From Candidatus Bathyarchaeota archaeon (lineage in GTDB: Archaea > Thermoproteota > Bathyarchaeia > Bathyarchaeales > Bathycorpusculaceae), in assembly GCA_963826715.1 (NCBI GenBank), contig CAWGYA010000008.1, positions 864,001-928,000 on the forward strand: DNA of 64,000 nucleotides, in the 5' to 3' direction. Of the stretch, positions 1-8,853 are shown in pieces. A program made the translations under genes and the position numbers. The notes under the pieces were generated by a model. It had not been told where the DNA came from and did no database searches. It was given only the letters and a program-made list of their open reading frames with translations. The stretch's first letter is position 1, and each line of letters opens with the position of its first letter.

Positions 1-1627
1 CAAGATACTCAATAGAAGTACCATTGTTGCCAAAAGTAAAAAACGAATACGGATTATAGGTCCAATTTTGCACAACCAAAATTTCCGGATTATGCCTAGA
101 CAAAAACCCATCTTCTCTAACCTGAGTATAATTGTTATCAATAATGAAATCAGTATCTAATAATCTACTAGCAAACGAAGCATTATCAACCTCTCTATTA
201 ACAGTCAAATACGCCGGATCCACCGCACTCAAAGTTGGCCGCTGAGTAAACCCACCAAGCCACCAACCATACAAAGCATCAGCAACAAGCACCGACCCCT
301 CAGCAGTATTCTGCTTTAGCCACTGAGTAGCCTCCCACTTAGGACTATCCATCGTCTGATAATAACTCTGAAGTGTCTCACCCACATTCAAGAAAGGAGT
401 TACAAAGATCGGCAAAGCAACAAAAGAAAACACCAAAAAAAATAAAACAAAAAAAGAATAAAGCCTCTTTTTCGTAGAAGCAACCGCTATCTTTTTTGAA
501 ACACTTTCCATTTTTCTCTGAAGCCCTTCAAACCTCCAATTTACCTTTATTTTGTAAACTCCAAGATTAACTGCCCCCCGATACTTTTCTATACCCAACG
601 CAATGGTTTCAGAGCCATAGTCAACCAAAATACCAATAAACACCAAAACCGGCAAAACCAAAAAATACAGAAAACGATTATAATCAACAGGCGCACCAAC
701 CAAATACCCTTGAGTACAAACTAATGGAACAAAAACCCACATAGCAAACAAAAACGTCGGAAACGTCAATAATTTCCTGTAATACTTAACCGAGAACGCT
801 AAAAATGCTGCAGTGACACCAAAAAGAGGCACAACAATCCAATACGAAAGAATTCTGCTAGATAATGTCGCATTAGTTATCTCAACGGAACCATATTCCT
901 GGAAGTAAGCCGGAATTACCTGGATAAGAAAGGGCAAAATCAAAATTGCCCCCAAAACAACCGGCAATACCCAATAAAGTACACTTTTTCTGGAAACCCC
1001 CAATATTTTAGGCCAAAGCACAACAAACAACACCAAAGGCGCAAAAATACCAATGAACATGACGGCACTCAAAGAATGAGCCAAAAAAATTGAAGCCACT
1101 AAAATTGATGTAGAAAGCAAATAGGGCACTTTAGAGAAACGATCCTTTTCCAGAAACAAATAATATGTCAGGGGAATAAGCATCAAAGCTACCACATTAG
1201 GATAACCCGCCCAAGTAAGCATTTCAATATCAAAACGCGAAATCGCCACCAAAAAAGCAACGATAACCGCCGGAGCTATAGTCCAAACCTTCTTGGTAAT
1301 CAGAAACGCACATAAAACGGTAAGCGCCGAAAACAATGACACCACAAACGTATGCGCAAGAAACTCAGGCATACCAGTCATTAAAATAACGCCTGCAGTG
1401 AAGATGTGGTAACCAGGAAAAGTCAGCGAAACCCCGCCACCCATGTGAAAGAAATTGTAGAGAAAATCAACGTTTCCTGAGCCGACTATCGAGTGAATTA
1501 CACTATTATGTAAACCTATATCTGCCCCAGGCGGATAACCCGCCCAAAGCATAAGAAGCAAACGATAGACAAAAGCGAATGCAAACAGCAACAGTAGCAA
1601 GACATGAGGGGGGCTAGCTTTAGGCAT
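1..1627 (-). CDS. Multi-pass membrane protein, GT-C/PMT-like glycosyltransferase fold (3' end runs off the window; absent from the ORF track)
   Basis: Manual translation from ATG at 1627: MPKASPPHVLLLLLFAFAFVYRLLLMLWAGYPPGADIGLH...; many hydrophobic helices and a late WLKQNT...VLVADALYGWW loop; frame checked at 373 and no stop seen before the window edge. Confidence 0.7.
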   Translation of the reverse strand, partial: MPKASPPHVLLLLLFAFAFVYRLLLMLWAGYPPGADIGLHNSVIHSIVGSGNVDFLYNFFHMGGGVSLTFPGYHIFTAGVILMTGMPEFLAHTFVVSLFSALTVLCAFLITKKVWTIAPAVIVAFLVAISRFDIEMLTWAGYPNVVALMLIPLTYYLFLEKDRFSKVPYLLSTSILVASIFLAHSLSAVMFIGIFAPLVLFVVLWPKILGVSRKSVLYWVLPVVLGAILILPFLIQVIPAYFQEYGSVEITNATLSSRILSYWIVVPLFGVTAAFLAFSVKYYRKLLTFPTFLFAMWVFVPLVCTQGYLVGAPVDYNRFLYFLVLPVLVFIGILVDYGSETIALGIEKYRGAVNLGVYKIKVNWRFEGLQRKMESVSKKIAVASTKKRLYSFFVLFFLVFSFVALPIFVTPFLNVGETLQSYYQTMDSPKWEATQWLKQNTAEGSVLVADALYGWWLGGFTQRPTLSAVDPAYLTVNREVDNASFASRLLDTDFIIDNNYTQVREDGFLSRHNPEILVVQNWTYNPYSFFTFGNNGTSIEYL

Positions 1628-1663
1628 TACTTTCACGCTTAATATGCTTACGTTAAATTTATT

Positions 1664-1680
1664 GGTAAAAGGTTAAATAT
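1664..1680 (+). promoter_or_regulatory. Archaeal BRE/TATA promoter for the corrinoid protein-mtrH operon
   Basis: GGTAAAAG-GTTAAATAT about 55 nt upstream of the ATG; AAGGTG ribosome-binding-like sequence just before 1733. Confidence 0.45.
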
Positions 1681-1732
1681 CGAATTCGAGTATAAAAAGC
1701 CCAGAGTATAAAAAAGGAAAAAAGGTGTTTAA

Positions 1733-2158
1733 ATGTCGTGGCTTAAATCTATGATGGAAAAAGAACCACCAGAACCAGAGAATCCAATAGGCATAGTCGT
1801 TATAGGTAACATTGAACCTGACATGCATGACACAGCAAAAGAAGCAGTCCGCCGATCCCTAAAACGCGCAGGCTTCAAAACCATTGACGTCGGAAAAAGC
1901 GTTGCACCACAAGTCTTCATCGACAAAGTAAAAGAAAACAATGCAAACCTCATCGCAGTATCAGTTAACACAGTTCCAGCAAAAAATAACCTATCAAAAC
2001 TAGATGAACTCCTCAAAGCAGCAGGTCTCAAAGACAAAGTCGGCATCATCATGGGCGGCGCAGCCGTTAAAAAAGAAGATGCAGACGCATTAGGTGCTCT
2101 CTTCGGCAAAAACAAAGAAGAAGCTCCGGAACTGGCAAAGAAAGCAATCAAAAAATAA
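1733..2158 (+). CDS. Stand-alone cobalamin-binding (corrinoid) protein
   Basis: B12-binding Rossmann pattern: IEPDMHDTAK (variant of DxHxxG), DVGKSV, LIAVS, MGGAAV. Confidence 0.85.
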   Translation: MSWLKSMMEKEPPEPENPIGIVVIGNIEPDMHDTAKEAVRRSLKRAGFKTIDVGKSVAPQVFIDKVKENNANLIAVSVNTVPAKNNLSKLDELLKAAGLKDKVGIIMGGAAVKKEDADALGALFGKNKEEAPELAKKAIKK

Positions 2159-2176
2159 TCCATCAGAAGTGGAAAA

Positions 2177-3088
2177 ATGTCCTTTAAATTCAACACTGAA
2201 CAAAAAATATACGATATAGGTAAAGCGAAAATCGGCGGTCAACCAGGGGAACTTCCAACTTTCCTAATTGGCTCTATCTTTTGGCTAGGCCAAAAAATGG
2301 TCCAAGATGCAAACAAAGGAATTTTTGACGCAAAAGCAGCAGAAGACATCATCAACAAGATGCAAACCCAAAGCGATATCACTGGCGTAAACTTCGCACT
2401 TGACATAGTCGGCACAACCGAAACAGCCTTCGAAAAATACATCGACTTCGTTCCACAGCACACCGATGCAGCACTCATGCTTGACGCAATGAGCCCCAAA
2501 ACCCGAATGGGCGCAGCAAACTTAGCAAAGAAAATGGGCCTTGCAGACCGATGCCTCTACAACTCTATCTACAAAGGCGTAACCGAAGCTGAACTCGCAA
2601 ACCTCAAAGAAAGCGGCATTAAAATGTCTATAGTGCTAGCTGATGATCCAAAAGATACAACACTAGAAGGCAAAATGAATGTCATCGTGGAAGCTTTAGC
2701 GATGGCAGAAAGAGCTGGAATTACCAAACCATTGATTGACACAGCCATTCCTGCATTCGAACCAGACATGGGTACCTCCGTTAGAACCATACCCATTATG
2801 AAAGAAAAGTATGGTCACCCTGTAGGCTTAGGTAGCGGAAACGTTGTCACAACCATGGGTTGGGTAAAAGCAAATGTTGCAAAAGAATTCCGTAAGGGAT
2901 GTGTAACTGCAACAAACACAATCATGCAGATGGCAGGCGCAAACTGGCTCATGATTGGACCAGCCGAACAAGCAGAATGGGTCTTCCCAGCAGTCGCCGT
3001 AACTGACACATACATCGCATCCGCAGCAGCCGACCTCGGAACTAGACCACTAGAAGAAACTCATCCAATCTACAAAGCTTTCATGTAA
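2177..3088 (+). CDS. mtrH: MtrH-family methylcorrinoid:tetrahydropterin methyltransferase
   Basis: FKFNTEQKIYDIG..KIGGQPGELPT.LIGSIF N-terminus, YNSI, PLIDTA, GHPVGLGSGN and C-terminal HPIYK, all typical of MtrH. Confidence 0.9.
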   Translation: MSFKFNTEQKIYDIGKAKIGGQPGELPTFLIGSIFWLGQKMVQDANKGIFDAKAAEDIINKMQTQSDITGVNFALDIVGTTETAFEKYIDFVPQHTDAALMLDAMSPKTRMGAANLAKKMGLADRCLYNSIYKGVTEAELANLKESGIKMSIVLADDPKDTTLEGKMNVIVEALAMAERAGITKPLIDTAIPAFEPDMGTSVRTIPIMKEKYGHPVGLGSGNVVTTMGWVKANVAKEFRKGCVTATNTIMQMAGANWLMIGPAEQAEWVFPAVAVTDTYIASAAADLGTRPLEETHPIYKAFM

Positions 3089-3116
3089 AATTCTTCCTTT
3101 ATTTTTTATTTTTTTG
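3089..3116 (+). terminator. Archaeal oligo-T terminator
   Basis: T-rich tract directly after the mtrH stop. Confidence 0.5.
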
Positions 3117-3118
3117 AA

Positions 3119-3517
3119 GTGACCACCGTGAAGCCGCAAAGATGGTTTGAAATCATCGTCGTCTTCACAGCATTAACATTAATAACAACATACCTTATCC
3201 CCAGCGACACAGCATTCGTTTATTTACGCTGGGTTTTCGCCTTCATATTCATAGCATTTATGCCAGGTTACTGCCTAGTAAACGTACTATTTTTAGGAAA
3301 AAATAGCATCGACTTAATCGAGAGCATTGTCCTCTCTGTTGCCTTAAGTTTGGGGTTAGCAGGGTTAATCGGATTATTCCTCGGACTCTCCCCAATAGGC
3401 ATAAACTTTGTCTCCATAACAATTTCCCTAAGCATAACCGTGCTTGCCTTAGCCACAGTAGCGTTTATCAGAAAACTAAAGCAGCCCTCAATGTCTCAGA
3501 TGCAAGTACCGCAATAG
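3119..3517 (+). CDS. DUF1616-like membrane protein
   Basis: Four TM helices; FMPGY..V..LF...IDLIE.IVLSVALS..GL.L..SPIGI pattern. Confidence 0.7.
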   Translation: MTTVKPQRWFEIIVVFTALTLITTYLIPSDTAFVYLRWVFAFIFIAFMPGYCLVNVLFLGKNSIDLIESIVLSVALSLGLAGLIGLFLGLSPIGINFVSITISLSITVLALATVAFIRKLKQPSMSQMQVPQ

Positions 3518-4867
3518 GTAAGCACCTGAAGTTTTAACTGCCGCAACCCCATACACGCCTCCATGCCGCATCATCTTTATAACATAACTGGGGCGCAAAT
3601 AGAATTCCTGATAAGCTTTTGATCGAAGCTCCGCCACCTTCTCCATGCTCAACGTGGGAGTTTCAAATGTCGGTCCAGCCGTGTCATATTTATCAAAATC
3701 TGTAACCCGAAGCCACCCTTTCTTAATTACTTCCTCATACATCGGGGTACCCGGATAAGGAGTAGCAATATAGAAACCCACATCATCGGGATTAAGTTCC
3801 TTTACAAGCTTAATTGTTTGGCGCGCAGTTTGTTCAGTCTCACCGGGAAACCCTAAAACTACGTTTGCAATCGTCATCAATCCAAGTTCATGCGCCGTCT
3901 TATACGCCAACTTAGTCTGATCAATCTTTATCTTCTTATTCATGGCACCAAGGATAATTTCAGAGCCTGACTCAACACCCAGCCAAACCGCGAAGCATCC
4001 GGCATCCCGCATAGTTTTCATAAGTTCACGGTCAACCATATCAACACGGGTCCCACAGTCCCACTTTAGCTGCAACTTTCGTTCATGAAGTTGCTGACAA
4101 ATTTTGACTACCCGATCCCTATCCACACTAAATGCATCATCATAGAAGGTTACTTGATCAACACCATATTTATCATGAATAAGCTGCATCTCATCAACCA
4201 CGTTTCCAGGACTCCGCATACGGTAACCCCTCCCGAACATGCGCACGGTGCTGCAGAAATCACACCAATACACGCATCCCCGACTACTCACTAACGGAAA
4301 AATAATTTTGCCATTGTGCTTTAACTTCTCAAGCGGAAAGAGATGATGCGCCGGAAAAGGTAAACTATCCAAATCCTCAATGAAGGGTCGGTCAAGGTTA
4401 CGAACCGATTTGTCACCATCGCGATATGTGACACCTAATACATCTTTGAGACTGCTTTGGCTTTCAAGTTTGTCGATTAATTCAAGGAAGGTTTGTTCTC
4501 CCTCACGACGCACAACCACGTCAAGAGCTGGATACTCTTCTATGGCATTTTGGTCCCAGAATGTGCCATGTGAACCTCCAAGAACCGTAACTGCTTGGGG
4601 CTGTAACTGTTTGGCTAATGTAATTAGTTGCATGGCGGTTTTGTAGAGCAATGTTGTAGCCGTAACACCGACCAAATCGGACGGCGTTTGGAGGAAACGG
4701 GCTTTAAAAGTTTCAGGACTCAGTTTTTCTGCTTGGCAGTCGATGACGGTGACTTGGTGTCCTGCTTGTTCAGCGACTGCACCAAGATACGCCAATCCCA
4801 GAGGAATAAAAGCTGGATGCGAGTGAACACTTGCTGGGTATGGCGGATTAACTAAGGTAATTTTCAT
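3488..4867 (-). CDS. B12-binding radical SAM protein (class B) no. 1
   Basis: PLGLAYLGA B12 domain, SRGCVYWCDFC, GVESGS, TPYPGT; start moved to MKITLVNPP by comparison with the adjacent paralog. Confidence 0.92.
   Translation of the reverse strand: MKITLVNPPYPASVHSHPAFIPLGLAYLGAVAEQAGHQVTVIDCQAEKLSPETFKARFLQTPSDLVGVTATTLLYKTAMQLITLAKQLQPQAVTVLGGSHGTFWDQNAIEEYPALDVVVRREGEQTFLELIDKLESQSSLKDVLGVTYRDGDKSVRNLDRPFIEDLDSLPFPAHHLFPLEKLKHNGKIIFPLVSSRGCVYWCDFCSTVRMFGRGYRMRSPGNVVDEMQLIHDKYGVDQVTFYDDAFSVDRDRVVKICQQLHERKLQLKWDCGTRVDMVDRELMKTMRDAGCFAVWLGVESGSEIILGAMNKKIKIDQTKLAYKTAHELGLMTIANVVLGFPGETEQTARQTIKLVKELNPDDVGFYIATPYPGTPMYEEVIKKGWLRVTDFDKYDTAGPTFETPTLSMEKVAELRSKAYQEFYLRPSYVIKMMRHGGVYGVAAVKTSGAYLLRYLHLRH
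4732..4801. repeat. 70-bp perfect repeat, copy 1 (shared by the tandem radical SAM paralogs)
   Basis: Identical to 6215-6284. Confidence 0.9.
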
Positions 4868-4964
4868 GAGCTTGCCCTTGCTTGCAGAGTAACGCTGGAT
4901 TACATTATATTGCTTTCTTAGAATCCTCAAGAAAACGGATTTGTAACCGATATAAGAAAAGAAG

Positions 4965-6350
4965 TTAAGAGAGTTTTATGTGCATGGCACGGAGCGCATA
5001 AGCTGCAGAGGTCTTAAGCCCTGAGCGACCATAGGTTCCGCCTTTCCGCATCATCTTTAGCACATACGCCGGTCTGAGGTAGAATTTCTGATGCGCTTTG
5101 TATTTAATTTCCCGGATTTTTTCCATACTCAGATAAGGCGTCTCAAACGTTGGGGTAGCTGTATCGTATTTGTTAAAGTCAGTAACTCGTAACCAACCGT
5201 TTTTGATAACTTCCTCATACATAGGCGTACCCGGATAGGGTGTGGCAACATAGCAGCCAATATCGTCTGGGTTAAGGCTGTTGATGAAATTGATAGTTTC
5301 CCATGCAGTCTCTTCTGTTTCTCCAGGGAAACCGATAACTGCACTTGCAATTGTCATCATCCCAGCCTTCTGCGCCATCTTGAAGGCATCCCGCACTTGT
5401 TCCCGATTAATTTTCTTGTGCATTTTACCCAACATCTTCTCGGAGCCAGATTCCACGCCAAACCATATGGTTATGCATCCGGCCTCCCGCATCTTCTCAA
5501 GCAACTCCTTATCAACTGCATCAACGCGTGTTTCGCAATCCCATTCCACATTTAGTTTACGGGCTTTTATGTCAGCGCACATTTCTAGGGTGTGATTGCG
5601 GTTTATTGTAAATGCATCATCATAAAATGTGAATTGACTTTCACCATATTGGTTGTGCAGGTTTTCCATGTCATCAACCACACTTTTTGGGTTACGAACT
5701 CGATAACCTCTACCGAACATACGTACAGTACTGCAGAAATCACACCATTGCACACATCCGCGACTTGTCACAATAGGAAAGATGGTTTTGCCCATGCGGT
5801 GGTAACTTTCAAGCGGCAAAAGATGGTATGCAGGAGAAGGCAGCGAGTCAAGATCATTAAGGAAAGGTCGGTCACTGTTACGCAACGTCTTTCCATCTTT
5901 GGTTCGAAAAGTTGTACCCAGAACTCCTTCAAAGCTTTTCTTTGCCTCAATACGCTGCAGTAGTTCAAGGAAGGTTTGTTCTCCCTCACGACGCACAATT
6001 ACATCGATTGCAGGGGATTCATTTAAGGCGTTTTCGTCCCAAAAACTAACATGACTGCCTCCGAACATGGTTGTGGCGTTTGGGTGAACTTCTCTAGCGA
6101 TTTCCATTAAGGTTTTAGCCGAGTTGTAGAGAAGTGTCGTCGAGGTTATGCCAATAACATCTGATGGAACTGATGCTAAGCGGTTACGAAAACCATCATA
6201 TGTGAGTCTTTCACCTTGGCAGTCGATGACGGTGACTTGGTGTCCTGCTTGTTCAGCGACTGCACCAAGATACGCCAATCCCAGCGGGATAAAAGGTGGA
6301 TGGCTATGAGCATTAGGGGGATACGGAGGATTAACCAGTGTAATTTTCAA
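4965..6350 (-). CDS. B12-binding radical SAM protein (class B) no. 2, tandem paralog of no. 1
   Basis: PLGLAYLGA, SRGCVQWCDFC, GVESGS, TPYPGT. Confidence 0.92.
   Translation of the reverse strand: MKITLVNPPYPPNAHSHPPFIPLGLAYLGAVAEQAGHQVTVIDCQGERLTYDGFRNRLASVPSDVIGITSTTLLYNSAKTLMEIAREVHPNATTMFGGSHVSFWDENALNESPAIDVIVRREGEQTFLELLQRIEAKKSFEGVLGTTFRTKDGKTLRNSDRPFLNDLDSLPSPAYHLLPLESYHRMGKTIFPIVTSRGCVQWCDFCSTVRMFGRGYRVRNPKSVVDDMENLHNQYGESQFTFYDDAFTINRNHTLEMCADIKARKLNVEWDCETRVDAVDKELLEKMREAGCITIWFGVESGSEKMLGKMHKKINREQVRDAFKMAQKAGMMTIASAVIGFPGETEETAWETINFINSLNPDDIGCYVATPYPGTPMYEEVIKNGWLRVTDFNKYDTATPTFETPYLSMEKIREIKYKAHQKFYLRPAYVLKMMRKGGTYGRSGLKTSAAYALRAMHIKLS
6215..6284. repeat. 70-bp perfect repeat, copy 2
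   Basis: Identical to 4732-4801. Confidence 0.9.
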
Positions 6351-6572
6351 ATCTGTTTCGCCCTTTTAGTTGTGGTTAGACGTTGAAACACCATATAATG
6401 TTTACGTAAAATCAAACAGAAATGGACGGTTGCATCTTTGAGGTAATCTGACACCTTGTCGACCTGAATCTCTTAGATTTTTTCCAAAACTGAACTACAA
6501 CAGAAAACCAAAAGAATTTTGTGCAACAAACAGCGAATCTAAAAAACAAAAAATAAGAAAGGGTGGGAAGAA

Positions 6573-7475
6573 CTATTTGTAGATTTGTTCCCAGCGGCTA
6601 AAGAGGTCAAGTACTTCGTCGCCGCCGTGACCCTTAAGGAATTCACGTGTTTCTTTATCCTCAGCTGCTTCTTTCTGGAACTTGTGGATGTACTCGGCTT
6701 TTTCAGCGAGGAATATGATTCCGTCTACGCCTTGCCTTGCAACACGGGTGGCAACAGTCATTATCTGTTTGGTTGTTGCAACTGTATCCCAGGTTTCATT
6801 TGGTCCACGGACATAGAAATTGACGTACATCGGTTTCTTTAGTTGACTCTTGAAGCCTCTTGCGATGGTTTCCCAATACCAAGGAGTCGGATAAGATTTA
6901 CTGAACATGGGTATAACAAAGTAGTCAGCGTATTGTGCGAGGGCTTCAAAGTCATAGCCGAAACGTACCTTGCCTAGCAATGGGTCAGGCAATAGGTTAA
7001 CAAAAAGCGGTTTTCCACTGACAATTTCTTTAACTTCAGCTAGAAAATCAGTAACGGTTTTTGCTCTCCATTCATTCCAGCTAAGACCGCTCTTACTTTG
7101 TTGCTCAATGCATCTTGGGCAGGTACAAAAACCCTGGTCAGCAAAATGTTGGCTGCTAATGCTAATGCCTGGTGTTAGTTTTGTGGATTCAGCGATGATT
7201 TTAAGGTTGTATTCGCGGGCTTCAGGGTTAGTCATGCACACAACGTCCCAACGAAGGTTAAATCGCTTGTTTGTACGTAGCGCAGGACCAAATGAGCTTA
7301 CAGACACCCAATCAGGGCGTTTTTCAGCCATATTGTTGTCGCCAAAACATGCGATGTTGGTATACATTTCAGGGTTTACTTTTCCAACGATCCCTGATTC
7401 TGACTTTTGACGGTAGAAGTTGTAATCGACGCCTTGAGCAGGCTCGGCTTGATAGAGGAAAGTGCCAAATTTCAA
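6573..7475 (-). CDS. Uncharacterised glycoside-hydrolase-like (probable TIM barrel) protein with CxCxxC, paralog A
   Basis: ACFGDN, VCMTNPE, HFADQGFCTCPRC, WNEWRAKTVTDF, PDPLLG..RFG.D; colinear with 8854-9738. Confidence 0.65.
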   Translation of the reverse strand: MKFGTFLYQAEPAQGVDYNFYRQKSESGIVGKVNPEMYTNIACFGDNNMAEKRPDWVSVSSFGPALRTNKRFNLRWDVVCMTNPEAREYNLKIIAESTKLTPGISISSQHFADQGFCTCPRCIEQQSKSGLSWNEWRAKTVTDFLAEVKEIVSGKPLFVNLLPDPLLGKVRFGYDFEALAQYADYFVIPMFSKSYPTPWYWETIARGFKSQLKKPMYVNFYVRGPNETWDTVATTKQIMTVATRVARQGVDGIIFLAEKAEYIHKFQKEAAEDKETREFLKGHGGDEVLDLFSRWEQIYK

Positions 7476-7551
7476 GATTAAACACCTTTTTAGTATTTTA
7501 TTTAGGGAAGTGGAGCTTGGAGGTTATAAGTCTTTGCAGTTCTACCCTGCA

Positions 7552-8562
7552 TTAGATGGGCTTGATAAGCGTGACCAGCGCATGCTTGAGAAACGGCAGC
7601 AAATCCACACCCTCATAATCAGCCACCCCGGCATTGTTGCCTGCCGCAAAATACTTGAGAGCTAAATCCCAATTCTTAAAATCCACAGGCAACAGATTCT
7701 TTTTATAGTCTTCATCCATCTTTGCCGCGGCTAAAAGCCACATTCCAGCCGACGGATTCTTACCCAGAATCTCAGCCAATCCATCACCGGTAATCGATAT
7801 TCCTTCAACTTTGGAGATTTCTGCAGCCAGTTTTTCCATCGGCAAATGCCTCTCACACAACCTATCTGCAACGCTGCGTTTCCCCCAAATTGGTTCCTGA
7901 TGCAATAGCGCCTCACTCACTGCCTGCCGAGCACAGGCACCAATAAGCTTGCCTAACTTTGAAGCCGGACCTCCCAACGCCACAGTTTTACCCACGCCCG
8001 TTGAGGCTACAGTAACGCTGTCAGTTATTGATCCTGTCGCAGAGTCGCCTGTGTAAAGACTGCGAATATCAAAGTCCCGTAGGGCAGCGGATTTGGCTTC
8101 GGTGGCGGTGATTAAAACCGCTGCCATGCAACTATCGGTGGGGTTGCCGTCGATGAATACAATGATGTTTATAGTTCCCTTGATTTCCTGCACATTCATT
8201 TCTTCACCACTGGATTCCCCGTGAGAGCATCCTGCGGTGGCAGCAACACTAACGGAAAAATTGTCTGCTTTTTTGGTGACTAAACTGTAGTTTTTTACAT
8301 TGGCCGCTGTGACCATTGCAAGATAATCCTCGAGTATGTTCAGTTTTAGAGCAGAGGTGGTGATAAGCTGCAGAGGATCAAGGTGTAAGGAAAGATCACT
8401 ATAACCTTCGGGCACCCCAACATTGAGGACAGCTTTAACCTGCCTGTTCCCTCCGTTAAAAATGGCTGAGCTAACCGTCTTTAAAGGCTTATCACAAATT
8501 ATAGCTAACACGTTTTCTTTACGAATTAATTTAGTACCCTCAGCTAGATCAAGCTGCTCCAA
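7552..8562 (-). CDS. cbiZ: Adenosylcobinamide amidohydrolase with a degenerate CobZ-like C-terminal extension
   Basis: VSSAIFNGG, AMVTAA, ATAG, GTINIIV, TATEAKSAAL, ATGSITDSV motifs of CbiZ. Confidence 0.88.
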   Translation of the reverse strand: MEQLDLAEGTKLIRKENVLAIICDKPLKTVSSAIFNGGNRQVKAVLNVGVPEGYSDLSLHLDPLQLITTSALKLNILEDYLAMVTAANVKNYSLVTKKADNFSVSVAATAGCSHGESSGEEMNVQEIKGTINIIVFIDGNPTDSCMAAVLITATEAKSAALRDFDIRSLYTGDSATGSITDSVTVASTGVGKTVALGGPASKLGKLIGACARQAVSEALLHQEPIWGKRSVADRLCERHLPMEKLAAEISKVEGISITGDGLAEILGKNPSAGMWLLAAAKMDEDYKKNLLPVDFKNWDLALKYFAAGNNAGVADYEGVDLLPFLKHALVTLIKPI

Positions 8563-8576
8563 TCAAAGTCCCCATT

Positions 8577-8795
8577 CTACTTCTGCGGGTTACTTGCATT
8601 TAAGCTGATGGCTTTGGCAGGACACAAATTCACACATATCCCACATTTCGTGCACTGCACTACTTCAATAACTTGAGGTTTTCGATTTTTACCCTCTTCC
8701 AAAGCACCCTGTGGACAAACACCTATGCAAATTTGTCCCGTGCACGGCGGACATTTCCCCAAGTCTATTATCAACGGTGATTTTTGTTTGCCCAT
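8577..8795 (-). CDS. 2x[4Fe-4S] ferredoxin
   Basis: CPPCTGQICIGVCP and CTKCGICVNLCP; start placed at MGKQK. Confidence 0.85.
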   Translation of the reverse strand: MGKQKSPLIIDLGKCPPCTGQICIGVCPQGALEEGKNRKPQVIEVVQCTKCGICVNLCPAKAISLNASNPQK

Positions 8796-8853
8796 ACAAA
8801 TCACCAAATAATTAAGCGCCAAGAATATATCTGTTGCGAGCAAAAGGATAAGC

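Noticed and set aside
1729-2196. 155-aa antisense ORF and the many other short overlapping ORFs in the track
   Set aside because: They are shadows of well-supported genes on the opposite strand or in other frames and have no recognisable motifs
2177-3088. Evidence for methanogenesis or a full Mtr complex
   Set aside because: Only mtrH is present; no mtrA-G or mcr genes are in the window, and stand-alone MtrH homologs are common in non-methanogens
4481-6284. Diversity-generating retroelement template/variable repeat pair
   Set aside because: The repeats are fully identical with no adenine-specific mismatches, and no reverse transcriptase is present
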